NCBI GenBank assembly: GCA_050253075.1 | Contig: JBFWJS010000001.1 | Coordinates: 160,001-224,000 of the forward strand | Reading direction: 5' to 3' | Source: Deferribacterales bacterium | GTDB taxonomy: Bacteria; Chrysiogenota; Deferribacteres; Deferribacterales; Geovibrionaceae | Length of the DNA: 64,000 nucleotides | Part shown: positions 40,093-49,344 of the stretch, one piece after another | How the letters are laid out: the number at the start of each line of letters is the position of its first letter | Position numbering within the stretch: position 1 is the stretch's first letter | The notes under the pieces: generated by a model | The model's input: the letters and a program-made list of their open reading frames with translations, nothing else | The model's database searches: none | What the model was told of the DNA's origin: nothing | Position numbers and translations under genes: made by a program

Positions 40093-41628
40093 CTACGCAA
40101 GTTTTTTGTTAATAACATACTGCTGCGCTATGGTCAGTATGTTGTTTGTCAGCCAGTAGACAACAAGCCCCGAAGGGAAGTTGAGGAACACGAAAGTGAA
40201 TATCAGAGGCATGAACATGAATATCTTTTTCTGAAGTTCGTCTGTGGCTGTGTTCGGTGTCATCTTCTGCTGAAGGAACATGGTTCCGCCCATTATTACA
40301 GGCGTGATGTAGTAAGGGTCTTTCAGGGAGAGGTCTGTTATCCAGAGGACAAAAGGAGCACCCTGAAGCTCGATAGCGAGCAGAAGCGACTTATACAGTG
40401 CGAAGAATATCGGTATCTGAAGGATCATAGGGAGGCAGCCGCCTAGAGGGTTAACGCCCTCTTTTTTGTACAGCTCCATAGTAGCCTGATTTGTTTTCTC
40501 TTTATCGCCTTTATATTTCTCTTTGATCTCAGCCATCTTTGGTCCGAGTGAAGACATCTTCTTCATGCTGACCATACTCTTCTGTGTAAGAGGGAATGTG
40601 ATGAGCTTTATCACGATGGTAAGAAGGATGATGGCAACACCATAGTTCTGTACCACGCCGTATATGATCTTAAGGAATTTAAGCATTGGGATAGCGATGA
40701 ATGCGAAGATACCGAAGTCGATAGCCTTCTCAAGTTTCAGTCCGTATGACTTAAGGAGGTCATACTCTTTCGGACCTGCGAAAAGTGAGAACTCCACAGT
40801 CTCTCTCGCACCCGGGTTAACCTTATACTCTTTCGCACCCATGATGCTTGCAGAGCCGTTTTTCGGAGCCATAACAGCTTTGTCATAGTCCTGCTCTACG
40901 CCTATCATGAAGTACTTGGACATGTATCCGACCCATACAGGTTTCTCAAAAACGAGGTCTTTATCTACTTTTTCAGCCTTTTCCTTTTTCAGACGTTTAC
41001 CGTCGAAGAGGAGAGGTCCCTGAAAGGAGTATCTGTCAGACTCGAATCCGTCTACGGCATTTGCGCCTATCCCTGAGGAGAGAGGAATGCTGACTGTCTT
41101 GTCGCCTGTATTTGTGATGATGAGCTTACCGCTGATGAGGTAGCTGTCATCTTTGATCTCATAAACTTTGTTCACGACGATGTCGCCCTGCTCACCGGTG
41201 AAGGTGACGGTTGTCACGCCGTTGCTCTTTTTAACATCGGAACGGTACACACTGATGAAAGGTACATCAGCTACGAAAACATCTGCGCTTCCGCTTTTGA
41301 ATCCTACATTCTCAAGATCGCGTCCGTGGTATTTGTTTATCACGGCCTCTTTCATGTTTCCTGTATTATCATTAAATGTGTATTTTACATAGTTGGTGTC
41401 TACATCAAATGTTCTGAGGACAACAGGCTCTGCTGCCGGAGCTGCCTCTTCGATAACGACCGGCTGAACGTCCGCTGTCTGTTCGCTGGACGCCTGCGGT
41501 GCTGCCTGTTCTGTTGTAGCAGTCTGGGGAGTTTCTGTCTGGGGTGCCGGCTTGGGGGCAAAGAAAAACTGGAATACTAGAATTACAAGGGCGCTGAGGC
41601 CTATTGCCAGTACTGTATTTCTATTCAT
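40093..41628 (-). CDS. yidC: membrane protein insertase YidC
   Basis: FAGPKEY, IDFG, NYGVAII, NPLGGCLP..QIPIF, WITDLS, PSGLVVYW. Confidence 0.97.
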   Translation of the reverse strand: MNRNTVLAIGLSALVILVFQFFFAPKPAPQTETPQTATTEQAAPQASSEQTADVQPVVIEEAAPAAEPVVLRTFDVDTNYVKYTFNDNTGNMKEAVINKYHGRDLENVGFKSGSADVFVADVPFISVYRSDVKKSNGVTTVTFTGEQGDIVVNKVYEIKDDSYLISGKLIITNTGDKTVSIPLSSGIGANAVDGFESDRYSFQGPLLFDGKRLKKEKAEKVDKDLVFEKPVWVGYMSKYFMIGVEQDYDKAVMAPKNGSASIMGAKEYKVNPGARETVEFSLFAGPKEYDLLKSYGLKLEKAIDFGIFAFIAIPMLKFLKIIYGVVQNYGVAIILLTIVIKLITFPLTQKSMVSMKKMSSLGPKMAEIKEKYKGDKEKTNQATMELYKKEGVNPLGGCLPMILQIPIFFALYKSLLLAIELQGAPFVLWITDLSLKDPYYITPVIMGGTMFLQQKMTPNTATDELQKKIFMFMPLIFTFVFLNFPSGLVVYWLTNNILTIAQQYVINKKLA

Positions 41629-41655
41629 TTCTGGATAACCTCCGAAGGTTTCTGC

Positions 41656-41898
41656 TTATTTCACAGGGTCGTACCCGCCTTTCGACAGGGGGTTACAACG
41701 TGCCACTCTCCATACGGTAAGCAGCGTGCCTTTGATCAGGCCTTTCTGTTTAAGAGCCTGAACGGCATAGTCAGAGCATGAGGGGTAAAACCGGCATCTG
41801 TTTCCCAACAGAGGAGATATGAATAGTTTATATAGTCTGATCAGGCCGATGAGCCATAGTTTCAGATTTAATATTTTCAGCAAGTGAGAGGATTTCAT
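41656..41898 (-). CDS. yidD: membrane protein insertion efficiency factor YidD (start uncertain)
   Basis: [28 protein letters not shown]. Confidence 0.93.
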   Translation of the reverse strand: MKSSHLLKILNLKLWLIGLIRLYKLFISPLLGNRCRFYPSCSDYAVQALKQKGLIKGTLLTVWRVARCNPLSKGGYDPVK

Positions 41899-42202
41899 AC
41901 CTAAGTTCACCGTAGTCGGCAGCCGCACTTCGAGGTAGTGCCCTCAGGATTATGTCGCAGCCTTTCGGAAAAGTCCCCTTGTTCATCCTGAAAATTTCTC
42001 TGAAAATGCGCTTAAGCCGATTTCGGGTCACCGCTTTTTTGTCAACACGCTTGCTGACGGTGACCCCTAATCTCCGCTGGTCTTCCTTTATATATATATA
42101 ATGCAGGGCAACGTATCTACCTACGCTTTTTCTCCCCTGCCTGAAGACCATGTCAAAATCTTTTGTGTTCTTCAGCCTTTCAGCTTTTGTGAAATGCTGG
42201 TC
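41828..42202 (-). CDS. rnpA: ribonuclease P protein component (true start unresolved; first ATG at 42151)
   Basis: [32 protein letters not shown]; lies between rpmH and yidD. Confidence 0.92.
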   Translation of the reverse strand, partial: DQHFTKAERLKNTKDFDMVFRQGRKSVGRYVALHYIYIKEDQRRLGVTVSKRVDKKAVTRNRLKRIFREIFRMNKGTFPKGCDIILRALPRSAAADYGELRYEILSLAENIKSETMAHRPDQTI

Positions 42203-42203
42203 G

Positions 42204-42347
42204 TTAGACTGTGAGACGCTTACGGCCTTTAGCTCTTCTTCTAGCGATAGCGAGTTTTCCGCCTCTTGTCTTCATTCTTGATCTGAAGCCGTGCTTACGC
42301 TTGCGCTTTGTGTTGCTTGGCTTTTTCATAGTCAGTTGCTGTGCCAT
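42204..42347 (-). CDS. rpmH: 50S ribosomal protein L34 (absent from the ORF track)
   Basis: Manual translation [55 protein letters not shown]. Confidence 0.96.
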   Translation of the reverse strand: MAQQLTMKKPSNTKRKRKHGFRSRMKTRGGKLAIARRRAKGRKRLTV

Positions 42348-42416
42348 GTCAACCACTCCTTTCTAGTGTTTATATTTAGAGACTAGTATATTGTCTTGCT
42401 AATATGTGAGCCCGTG

Positions 42417-42445
42417 ATTATATAAGCATGATTCATGTTTGTCAA
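42417..42445 (-). promoter_or_regulatory. consensus sigma70 promoter of the rpmH operon
   Basis: Minus strand TTGACA-17bp-TATAAT, exact consensus. Confidence 0.88.
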
Positions 42446-42468
42446 CAGATGAAAGTTGCATTTTTTGC

Positions 42469-42497
42469 TTGACTAATAAACTGCACTTATGTATAAG
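42469..42497 (+). promoter_or_regulatory. probable sigma70 promoter of rplU
   Basis: TTGACT-17bp-TATAAG, back-to-back with the rpmH promoter. Confidence 0.6.
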
Positions 42498-42541
42498 TGA
42501 TGTTCCCTGCATCTGGCAGGTTTCGTGGAGGTACGTATAAA

Positions 42542-42856
42542 ATGTTCGCAATTATAAAGAGTGGCGGAAAACAGTACACTGTCAAACCCGGTGACACACT
42601 GAAGGTTGACAAGCTGAACGCTGAAGAAAACTCAACTATCGAAATCAGTGATGTCCTTGCAGTTAGCGAGAATGGTCAGCTGAACGTCGGTGCTCCTTTT
42701 GTTAGCGGCGCTGTTGTTAAGGCTACTGTTGTTGCACATAGCAAAGGTGATAAAATTCTCGTTTTCAAGAGAACACGTCGTAAAGACTACAAAAAGAGAT
42801 ACGGTCACCGCTCTGCACTTACATCTATTAAGATTGAAGATATCAAAGTAGGCTAA
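42542..42856 (+). CDS. rplU: 50S ribosomal protein L21
   Basis: [33 protein letters not shown]. Confidence 0.97.
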   Translation: MFAIIKSGGKQYTVKPGDTLKVDKLNAEENSTIEISDVLAVSENGQLNVGAPFVSGAVVKATVVAHSKGDKILVFKRTRRKDYKKRYGHRSALTSIKIEDIKVG

Positions 42857-42869
42857 GGGAGGCGTACTA

Positions 42870-43130
42870 ATGGCTCATAAGAAAGCTGGTGGTAGTACCA
42901 GAAACGGTAGAGATTCGAACTCTAAACGCCTCGGCGTTAAAAAGTACGACGGTGAGCAAGTTCTCGCCGGTAACATCATCGTTAGACAGCGCGGCACAAA
43001 ATTCAAGCCCGGTGTAAACGTTGGTATCGGTAAAGACGATACACTTTTTGCTCTCACACACGGATTTGTAAAATTCCAGGACAGAGGCAGCAAAGGTAAA
43101 TTCGTTAATATCGTAGAGGAAAGAGCGTAA
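42870..43130 (+). CDS. rpmA: 50S ribosomal protein L27
   Basis: [30 protein letters not shown]. Confidence 0.98.
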   Translation: MAHKKAGGSTRNGRDSNSKRLGVKKYDGEQVLAGNIIVRQRGTKFKPGVNVGIGKDDTLFALTHGFVKFQDRGSKGKFVNIVEERA

Positions 43131-43168
43131 GTTTTTTCTTACTCTTTTCAAACCGAATAAGAAATAAC

Positions 43169-43197
43169 AAAGCTCACCTTTCAGGTGGGCTTTTTTC
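43169..43197 (+). terminator. intrinsic terminator after rpmA
   Basis: AAAGCTCACC-TTTCA-GGTGGGCTTTTTT. Confidence 0.85.
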
Positions 43198-43227
43198 TTG
43201 GTATTATGTTTCATAAAGGAACAAGAG

Positions 43228-44253
43228 ATGAAATTTATAGACACCTGTGAAATTATGGCTATCGGCGGTAAAGGCGGCGACGGATGCATGAGCTTCCGTA
43301 GGGAAAAGTTTGTCCCCCGCGGCGGTCCTGACGGCGGAAACGGCGGTCCCGGAGGCGATGTTATCCTCCGTGCAGACAGCACAAAACACACACTGATGGA
43401 CGTGCGCTACATCTATCACCGCAGAGGCGAAAGAGGCATACACGGCAAAGGTAAAGACATGCACGGACGCAAAGGTGAGAACGCCATTGTCATCGTGCCT
43501 ATCGGTACAGTCGTAAAGAATGCCGATACGGGTGAAATACTGGCCGACCTGACAAAGCAGGACGAAGAAGTGATCGTGGCCAAAGGCGGCAAAGGCGGCC
43601 GAGGCAACGCAAACTTTACATCACCTACACACCGTGCTCCCACAAGACACGAACCGGGTGAAGAGGGGGAGACGGTTAAACTGGCTCTCGAACTTAAACT
43701 TATCGCTGACGTAGGTATCATCGGATTCCCTAACGCAGGTAAATCTACATTCATCTCATCCGTATCAGCCGCAAAGGCTAAGGTTGCGGATTATCCTTTC
43801 ACCACTCTGACACCTAACCTCGGAGTGATAAAAGGTCTTTACGGCAATGCATTCGTACTGGCAGATATGCCGGGGCTCATCGAAGGCGCACACGAAGGTG
43901 TCGGTCTTGGAATTCAGTTCCTAAGACACATCGAACGTACAAAGCTGCTCCTTCACCTTGTGGATGCTTCAGCAGAGGAATCTATGATTGAGAGATACGA
44001 GAAGCTGCGCCTCGAGCTGGACAAGTTCAGCCATGAAGTGGCAGGAAAGCCTGAAGTCATCGCAGCCACGAAGATGGACTCTGTCTATCAGGAAAAGCTG
44101 GACGAGTTCAAGGCTTATCTCGCTGAGAACCACCCCGAAATACCTTTCTTTGAGGTGTCTTCCATCGCAAAGCAGGGAACGGATAAGCTCATAAAGCATC
44201 TGGACGATTCTCTCACGGATCTATTTGGTGAAGAGGATGAAGAAGCTCTCTGA
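43228..44253 (+). CDS. obgE: GTPase ObgE/CgtA
   Basis: FRREKFVPRGGPDGGNGG, GFPNAGKST, DYPFTTL, DMPGLIEGA. Confidence 0.97.
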   Translation: MKFIDTCEIMAIGGKGGDGCMSFRREKFVPRGGPDGGNGGPGGDVILRADSTKHTLMDVRYIYHRRGERGIHGKGKDMHGRKGENAIVIVPIGTVVKNADTGEILADLTKQDEEVIVAKGGKGGRGNANFTSPTHRAPTRHEPGEEGETVKLALELKLIADVGIIGFPNAGKSTFISSVSAAKAKVADYPFTTLTPNLGVIKGLYGNAFVLADMPGLIEGAHEGVGLGIQFLRHIERTKLLLHLVDASAEESMIERYEKLRLELDKFSHEVAGKPEVIAATKMDSVYQEKLDEFKAYLAENHPEIPFFEVSSIAKQGTDKLIKHLDDSLTDLFGEEDEEAL

Positions 44254-44680
44254 TATAATAGGCAAATCTATGCCTGCGAACTTCCAGTCCTATCTTAAAG
44301 TTAAGAAGGTCTGGAATGACTGCGCAGGCGAGACGCTCGCTTTCCTCACTACCGTGGGGAGCTTAAAGGAGGGCGTGCTTAATGTCGCCGTCCACGACCA
44401 GATGTGGCTCTCGGAGATCGGCTTCCTGAAAGGCGAGCTGGTGAGCAAGCTGCAGTCATACGGCGTGGATGCGACAAACATCAACTTCTATTACAAACCC
44501 AGACCAAAATCTCAGGCGGAAAAAGCCATACCTAAACGTAAGGAAATGTCCGCCAAAGAAAAGCAGTTTGCGGATAAACTCGTAAATACCGTCGAGAATG
44601 ACGCCCTGAGGGAATCATTACGCAGGGCAATTTACGCTTATTTCACCGTATACACCCTTGACGACTACTTAAACTGCTGA
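44237..44680 (+). CDS. DciA/DUF721-like protein
   Basis: MKKLSDII, W...G, G.L.VAV....W..E pattern; overlaps obgE end. Confidence 0.65.
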   Translation: MKKLSDIIGKSMPANFQSYLKVKKVWNDCAGETLAFLTTVGSLKEGVLNVAVHDQMWLSEIGFLKGELVSKLQSYGVDATNINFYYKPRPKSQAEKAIPKRKEMSAKEKQFADKLVNTVENDALRESLRRAIYAYFTVYTLDDYLNC

Positions 44681-44752
44681 TTTAATAATCTTTATAAACA
44701 ATTTCTTATTTACACCATTTTAGTATGACTTATTTTTAGAAATGGAGGCGAG

Positions 44753-45277
44753 ATGATATTAGAAGTTAAAACATTTCCGGACAAGGTTCTCAGGATAAAG
44801 GCTGAGCCTGTCGTAGATATAAATGAAGAAACCGTAAAGCTCCTCGACAACATGGTGCAGACCATGCATCATCAGAAAGGTGTCGGTCTTGCTGCGCCGC
44901 AGGTAGGCATAAGCAAAAGAATCATCGTAATAGACACATCCGCAGGCGAGGACGAAGGGATGATCCTGCGTGTCATAAACCCTGAGATAATCGAAGCATC
45001 AGGCGAGCAGGTCGGCGAAGAGGGATGTCTCAGCGTCCCCGGAGAATATGAACCTGTGCGCAGAGCAGAAAAGATAAGGGTAAAAGCCCTCAGCGAAGAG
45101 GGTAAACCATATACAATGGAGGCCGAAGGCTTCCTCGCACGTGTCTTTCAGCATGAAATAGACCACCTGAACGGAGTGCTCTTTATAGACAGACTCCCCT
45201 CCTTTAAGAAAGAGACAGTCAAAAAATCTATAAAAAGACGTATTGCCGACGGAGATTATGTAGTTACAGGTGAATAA
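44753..45277 (+). CDS. def: peptide deformylase
   Basis: GVGLAAPQVG, EGCLS, QHEIDHLNG. Confidence 0.98.
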   Translation: MILEVKTFPDKVLRIKAEPVVDINEETVKLLDNMVQTMHHQKGVGLAAPQVGISKRIIVIDTSAGEDEGMILRVINPEIIEASGEQVGEEGCLSVPGEYEPVRRAEKIRVKALSEEGKPYTMEAEGFLARVFQHEIDHLNGVLFIDRLPSFKKETVKKSIKRRIADGDYVVTGE

Positions 45278-45335
45278 TCACTATTTTTTCAACATTTAAG
45301 TGCTATCATTACTTAAAACATCTCAGGAGACAGGT

Positions 45336-45860
45336 ATGATTGAGAGTATCGCTCTTGCGCTTATGAAAACTCTGGCTACTTTTCTTTTTAAGTCTTATAT
45401 GGTCTCTCAGGCAAAGATAAACATAGAGGGAGCACCTGCATGGTACATGCAGAACGACTCTGCAAGGGTCTGCGTCTATGATTTCCAGAAAGGCGGGCTC
45501 GGAGCCGTGGATAAAGCGAAAGACGGTGCATACCTCAAAATGAACGAAGAGCTTTCAGACATCCTTGAGACTGTCATTTATCAGAATTTCTCCAACCTTA
45601 AAGATCAGAAAGAGAAAACATTCGTAATGATGTTTAAGGACGACAAAGATGCGCCCTATTTCATCAGGCAGCATATGACATTCCTAGATATAGAATATAA
45701 AAAGAATATTCAGACTGCTTTTGTCAAAGCATGCATTGATAAAGACACCATCATAGCTTATCAGGACAAGCGTGTGGGCACTATAAAGTATGAGCTGACA
45801 CATAAAAGAGCCGATAACGCATTTGAAGAACTGGACAACAGCATCACCGAAACAGAATAA
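45336..45860 (+). CDS. hypothetical protein with hydrophobic N-terminus
   Basis: AGGAG RBS; GAPAWY motif reminiscent of LPP20-like proteins. Confidence 0.65.
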   Translation: MIESIALALMKTLATFLFKSYMVSQAKINIEGAPAWYMQNDSARVCVYDFQKGGLGAVDKAKDGAYLKMNEELSDILETVIYQNFSNLKDQKEKTFVMMFKDDKDAPYFIRQHMTFLDIEYKKNIQTAFVKACIDKDTIIAYQDKRVGTIKYELTHKRADNAFEELDNSITETE

Positions 45861-45913
45861 TATCTAGCCCTCCTTCGTATTGTGTATATCTTACACTTTA
45901 TAAGGAGGGCGTT

Positions 45914-46372
45914 ATGCGTCTAATCATTACACTATTCATAATATCTGCCTTTGCCGTATCTTGTGGCGGGCTCGGCAACAAATACAGCGCAGACAGCGAT
46001 TTCTATTACAATCAGGTGACAGAGCAGAATGTTATCGACACATACATCTTTGACGAAAAGATGAAGCGTGAATTGATGTTTACACCGCCTCTGCTGCGGC
46101 CGACATACACTGACTATCTCACTATAAATGCAGACCTCAACGGCGACGGTAAAAAGGATATACTGGCAGCCGTAAACCATCGTAAATTCATGGAAGACGG
46201 TAAATACAGAATCTATGTATTCATCGCAAATGAGTACGGATTTACCCAGCTTAAGCCCTATTTCCTCTCTGATACTCTGAACATAAAAGTTTTGGGTACT
46301 TCTTCACAAGGCATGGCGGAACTTTCCGCAGGTGAACGTGTCTTTAAATATGACGGTACAACATATAAGTGA
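45914..46372 (+). CDS. hypothetical lipoprotein
   Basis: AGGAGG RBS; lipobox-like AVSC; DLNGDGKKD Ca-binding/FG-GAP-like loop. Confidence 0.72.
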   Translation: MRLIITLFIISAFAVSCGGLGNKYSADSDFYYNQVTEQNVIDTYIFDEKMKRELMFTPPLLRPTYTDYLTINADLNGDGKKDILAAVNHRKFMEDGKYRIYVFIANEYGFTQLKPYFLSDTLNIKVLGTSSQGMAELSAGERVFKYDGTTYK

Positions 46373-46379
46373 GGAAATT

Positions 46380-47045
46380 ATGCGATACTTACTGGCACTG
46401 ATGCTTCTCTTTACAGGTCTGAATGCCTATGCAGGGCAGCCTGTTAATATTAACGACACCCTTACTGTTTCAGCAGATATAACGCCGGATACTATGACAG
46501 CACACGTCACCGTGTCTACAATAGCGGACTCTTTCTCTAAAGCTGCGGCAAAGATGGAGAAGGCATCTGAGATCATTAAAAGCAACTCAGGGATATGCTC
46601 TTTCAACAGCTACAGAGTAAGCCCCAGATATCGATATACTGACGGCAAACGCATCGACGACGGCTTTGAGGGATACTTATCTTCACCATGTTCATTTACA
46701 GAGATAGACTCGTATAATGACCTGCTGAATGATCTGGACTCTCTTTCGTCTGAGCTGTCTGTATCTGTGTCTCCAATATCGTGGACAACTAACCCTGACA
46801 GGATGGATGCCATGCAGACACAGCTTAAGATGGACCTTATAAAGGAGATATACTCAATACTCCCCGCATACTCCGGTGCTACACAGAAACAGTGCTCACT
46901 GGCATCTGTAGACTATACAGGCAGTATGGACAATACTTACGCTCCCGTAATGATGCGATCAGAGGCAAAGATAAATATGTCCGTACCTGATAGATCGGAC
47001 AAAACTGTTTCCGTATCTGCAAATATATTGCTAATATGTAAATAG
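46380..47045 (+). CDS. exported protein, SIMPL/DUF541-like
   Basis: Signal peptide ..NAYA; PD motif, VSPRYRY..GFEG, final VSVSA strand. Confidence 0.6.
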   Translation: MRYLLALMLLFTGLNAYAGQPVNINDTLTVSADITPDTMTAHVTVSTIADSFSKAAAKMEKASEIIKSNSGICSFNSYRVSPRYRYTDGKRIDDGFEGYLSSPCSFTEIDSYNDLLNDLDSLSSELSVSVSPISWTTNPDRMDAMQTQLKMDLIKEIYSILPAYSGATQKQCSLASVDYTGSMDNTYAPVMMRSEAKINMSVPDRSDKTVSVSANILLICK

Positions 47046-47076
47046 ATTCTCAGATGATGATTCTGGGGAGTAAACC

Positions 47077-47364
47077 ATGAAGTATTTAGTAATCATATTC
47101 ATAGCCGTTATGGCTGTAATGCCTGCTAAAGCTATGGCGACAGACCAGGACATTCTACGGGCTATCATCTTTATGTTAGAATCAGGTAAAGCGACTAAAA
47201 GATCACCTGACAAAGATCTGCCTTCATATTATGAAAATGAAAAGGATACTCCTTATGATATGCAGGGCTATGACGAAGGGAACATACTGATCATCCATGT
47301 ACCTGTGCCTAACAGCGGCGGTTTGACCGTTCCTAAGTTCATCTTTGTAGACGACAAAAAATAA
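47077..47364 (+). CDS. small exported hypothetical protein
   Basis: GGGGAG RBS; signal peptide ..KAMA; followed by terminator. Confidence 0.7.
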   Translation: MKYLVIIFIAVMAVMPAKAMATDQDILRAIIFMLESGKATKRSPDKDLPSYYENEKDTPYDMQGYDEGNILIIHVPVPNSGGLTVPKFIFVDDKK

Positions 47365-47368
47365 CCAT

Positions 47369-47397
47369 AAAAAAAGGCCACCCGAAGGTGGCCTTTT
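47369..47397. terminator. bidirectional intrinsic terminator
   Basis: AAAAAAAGGCCACC-CGAA-GGTGGCCTTTT between convergent genes. Confidence 0.9.
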
Positions 47398-47420
47398 CCA
47401 TATCTAAAGAGCGTTAACTC

Positions 47421-47879
47421 TTAGTTCTCAAGGTTTACAATATCATCGTAGAGATACTGTATGTCCTTCTTATGACATGCGACATCGTAAGCGAGTCTTT
47501 GAAAAGCCTCACCTGCTTCGCCTTCAAACTTTTCAGCCATCTGCTCGTAGAACTTCATAGAGTTATCTTCGTGTCTGATAGCGATAAGCAGAAGCTCCTG
47601 CACGTTCAGGTCAGGTTTTACAACCTCAGAACGACCTGTTTTACCGATGCCAAGGTCTCTCAGCTTACATGTAGAATCAAGCCCCAGTTTATCCAGGCAT
47701 CCACACATAATAGAGTCTTCTATGTCCTTCTTGAATCTCTGCTTTGTATCCATAAGCTCCTGAATGATCTTCTTGGAGCTCAGTTCTGATACAAGTGAGA
47801 GAAGTTTCTCATAGAAGTCATAAGTGAGCTGTTCTTTCTGTGCGGCTTCTTTCAAAGCCTCAACAACTGTTGCTTCCAT
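47421..47879 (-). CDS. ferritin-like (rubrerythrin-fold) protein with degenerate metal ligands
   Basis: Two A...E.....FY repeats; GGAG RBS; 9 nt downstream of nuoN. Confidence 0.75.
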   Translation of the reverse strand: MEATVVEALKEAAQKEQLTYDFYEKLLSLVSELSSKKIIQELMDTKQRFKKDIEDSIMCGCLDKLGLDSTCKLRDLGIGKTGRSEVVKPDLNVQELLLIAIRHEDNSMKFYEQMAEKFEGEAGEAFQRLAYDVACHKKDIQYLYDDIVNLEN

Positions 47880-47888
47880 TTAACTCTC

Positions 47889-49328
47889 CTACACAAGCAG
47901 TGTCTTCACAAGGTTTACGAAGAACGATGGGAAGAAACCGATCGCAAGCACCATCACTGCTCCGATGAAGGAAGTGATGAATGCAGAGCGTGTTACAGTA
48001 GCGTCAACATCGTACTCAGCCTCTTTGAAGTACATAAATATTGTGACACGCATGTAGTAGTAACAAGCGAGTGCACTGTTAAGACCGCCGATGATAGCGA
48101 GCCAGTAAAGCTCAGCTTTCATAGCAGACATAAGGATCTGGAATTTACCGATGAATCCTGCAAGTGGTGGAATGCCGGCAAGAGAGAACATGAATATAAG
48201 CATTCCAAGAGCATACATTGGGTTCTTTTTAGCAAGACCAGCAAAGCTCTCGATTCTCTCGTCGTCGATCATACCTTTGTTCTTTATAAGACCGAGCAGT
48301 GTGAAAGCTCCTATGTTCATGAAGGCATAGATAAGTGCGTAAAGCGCAACAGACTGGTAGCCTTCTGGGTTCATAGAAACAAGACCGATCAGCATGAAAC
48401 CTGCGTGTGCAATGGCAGAGTAACCGAGCATTCTCTTAACGTTGTTCTGTGCGAGAGCAACGAGGTTACCGTATGTCATTGTGATAACAGCAAGGATGCT
48501 GAAGAACAGTCCCCACATTCCGCTAACCGGCTCAAGCGCGATCCATGCGAATCTTATAAGCGCACCCATAGCAGCAGCCTTAGGAGCAACTGTCATGAAG
48601 CCTGTAGCAGGTGTCGGTGCACCCTGATAAACATCAGGTGCCCACATGTGGAACGGTACTGCGGAGATCTTGAACGCGAAACCGGCAAGCATCATAACAA
48701 GACCGATCTTAAATGTGGAGAGGCCGGCAGCCTCGCCTTTAAGAGCAGCAGCTATCTCAAGGTAGTTGAGTGAGCCGGTTGAACCGTATACATAAGTAAG
48801 ACCGTACAGGAAAAGACCGGAAGAAAAAGCACCTATGATGAAGTACTTGATACCCGCTTCTGTAGATCTTACGCATTTTTTGTTAAATCCTGCAAGGATG
48901 TACATGGAGATAGCCATTGTTTCCATACCAGCGTAGAACACTGTCAGGTCGAATGCAGAAACCATGAACATCATGCCGATGATGCTGAAGAACATGATGG
49001 AGTAGAATTCGCCCTTAAGGATTCCCTTGTCTTTCAGGTAGCTAACAGAACCGAGCGATGTCAGTGTGTATGCCACGCCGAAGATCAGGAAGAACACAAA
49101 AGAGTATGAGTCCCACATAACCATGTTGTTAAAGCCGAGGAATTTCTTTCCAACCGGCGGCCAGGATATAAGAACTGTTATAGCTATGAATACGATACCG
49201 AAGTAACCTACCATAGATTTCTTCTCGCCCTTTGTCATTACGTCGAGTACGACAAGTACGAGACCGAAAACAGTCATGAACACTTCTGGGTAAATCGAAA
49301 GAAGGTTTAATAATGCTTGTTGTGTCAT
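47889..49328 (-). CDS. nuoN: NADH-quinone oxidoreductase subunit N
   Basis: EAGIKYF, FKISAVPFHMWAPDVYQGAP, KRMLGYS, SLAGIPP. Confidence 0.96.
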   Translation of the reverse strand: MTQQALLNLLSIYPEVFMTVFGLVLVVLDVMTKGEKKSMVGYFGIVFIAITVLISWPPVGKKFLGFNNMVMWDSYSFVFFLIFGVAYTLTSLGSVSYLKDKGILKGEFYSIMFFSIIGMMFMVSAFDLTVFYAGMETMAISMYILAGFNKKCVRSTEAGIKYFIIGAFSSGLFLYGLTYVYGSTGSLNYLEIAAALKGEAAGLSTFKIGLVMMLAGFAFKISAVPFHMWAPDVYQGAPTPATGFMTVAPKAAAMGALIRFAWIALEPVSGMWGLFFSILAVITMTYGNLVALAQNNVKRMLGYSAIAHAGFMLIGLVSMNPEGYQSVALYALIYAFMNIGAFTLLGLIKNKGMIDDERIESFAGLAKKNPMYALGMLIFMFSLAGIPPLAGFIGKFQILMSAMKAELYWLAIIGGLNSALACYYYMRVTIFMYFKEAEYDVDATVTRSAFITSFIGAVMVLAIGFFPSFFVNLVKTLLV

Positions 49329-49344
49329 ATCTCTGAACCTCCCC

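Noticed and set aside
42348..42541. oriC next to rpmH
   Set aside because: No dnaA and no DnaA-box cluster; the isolated TTATCCACA matches near 10193 and 20806 are inside genes.
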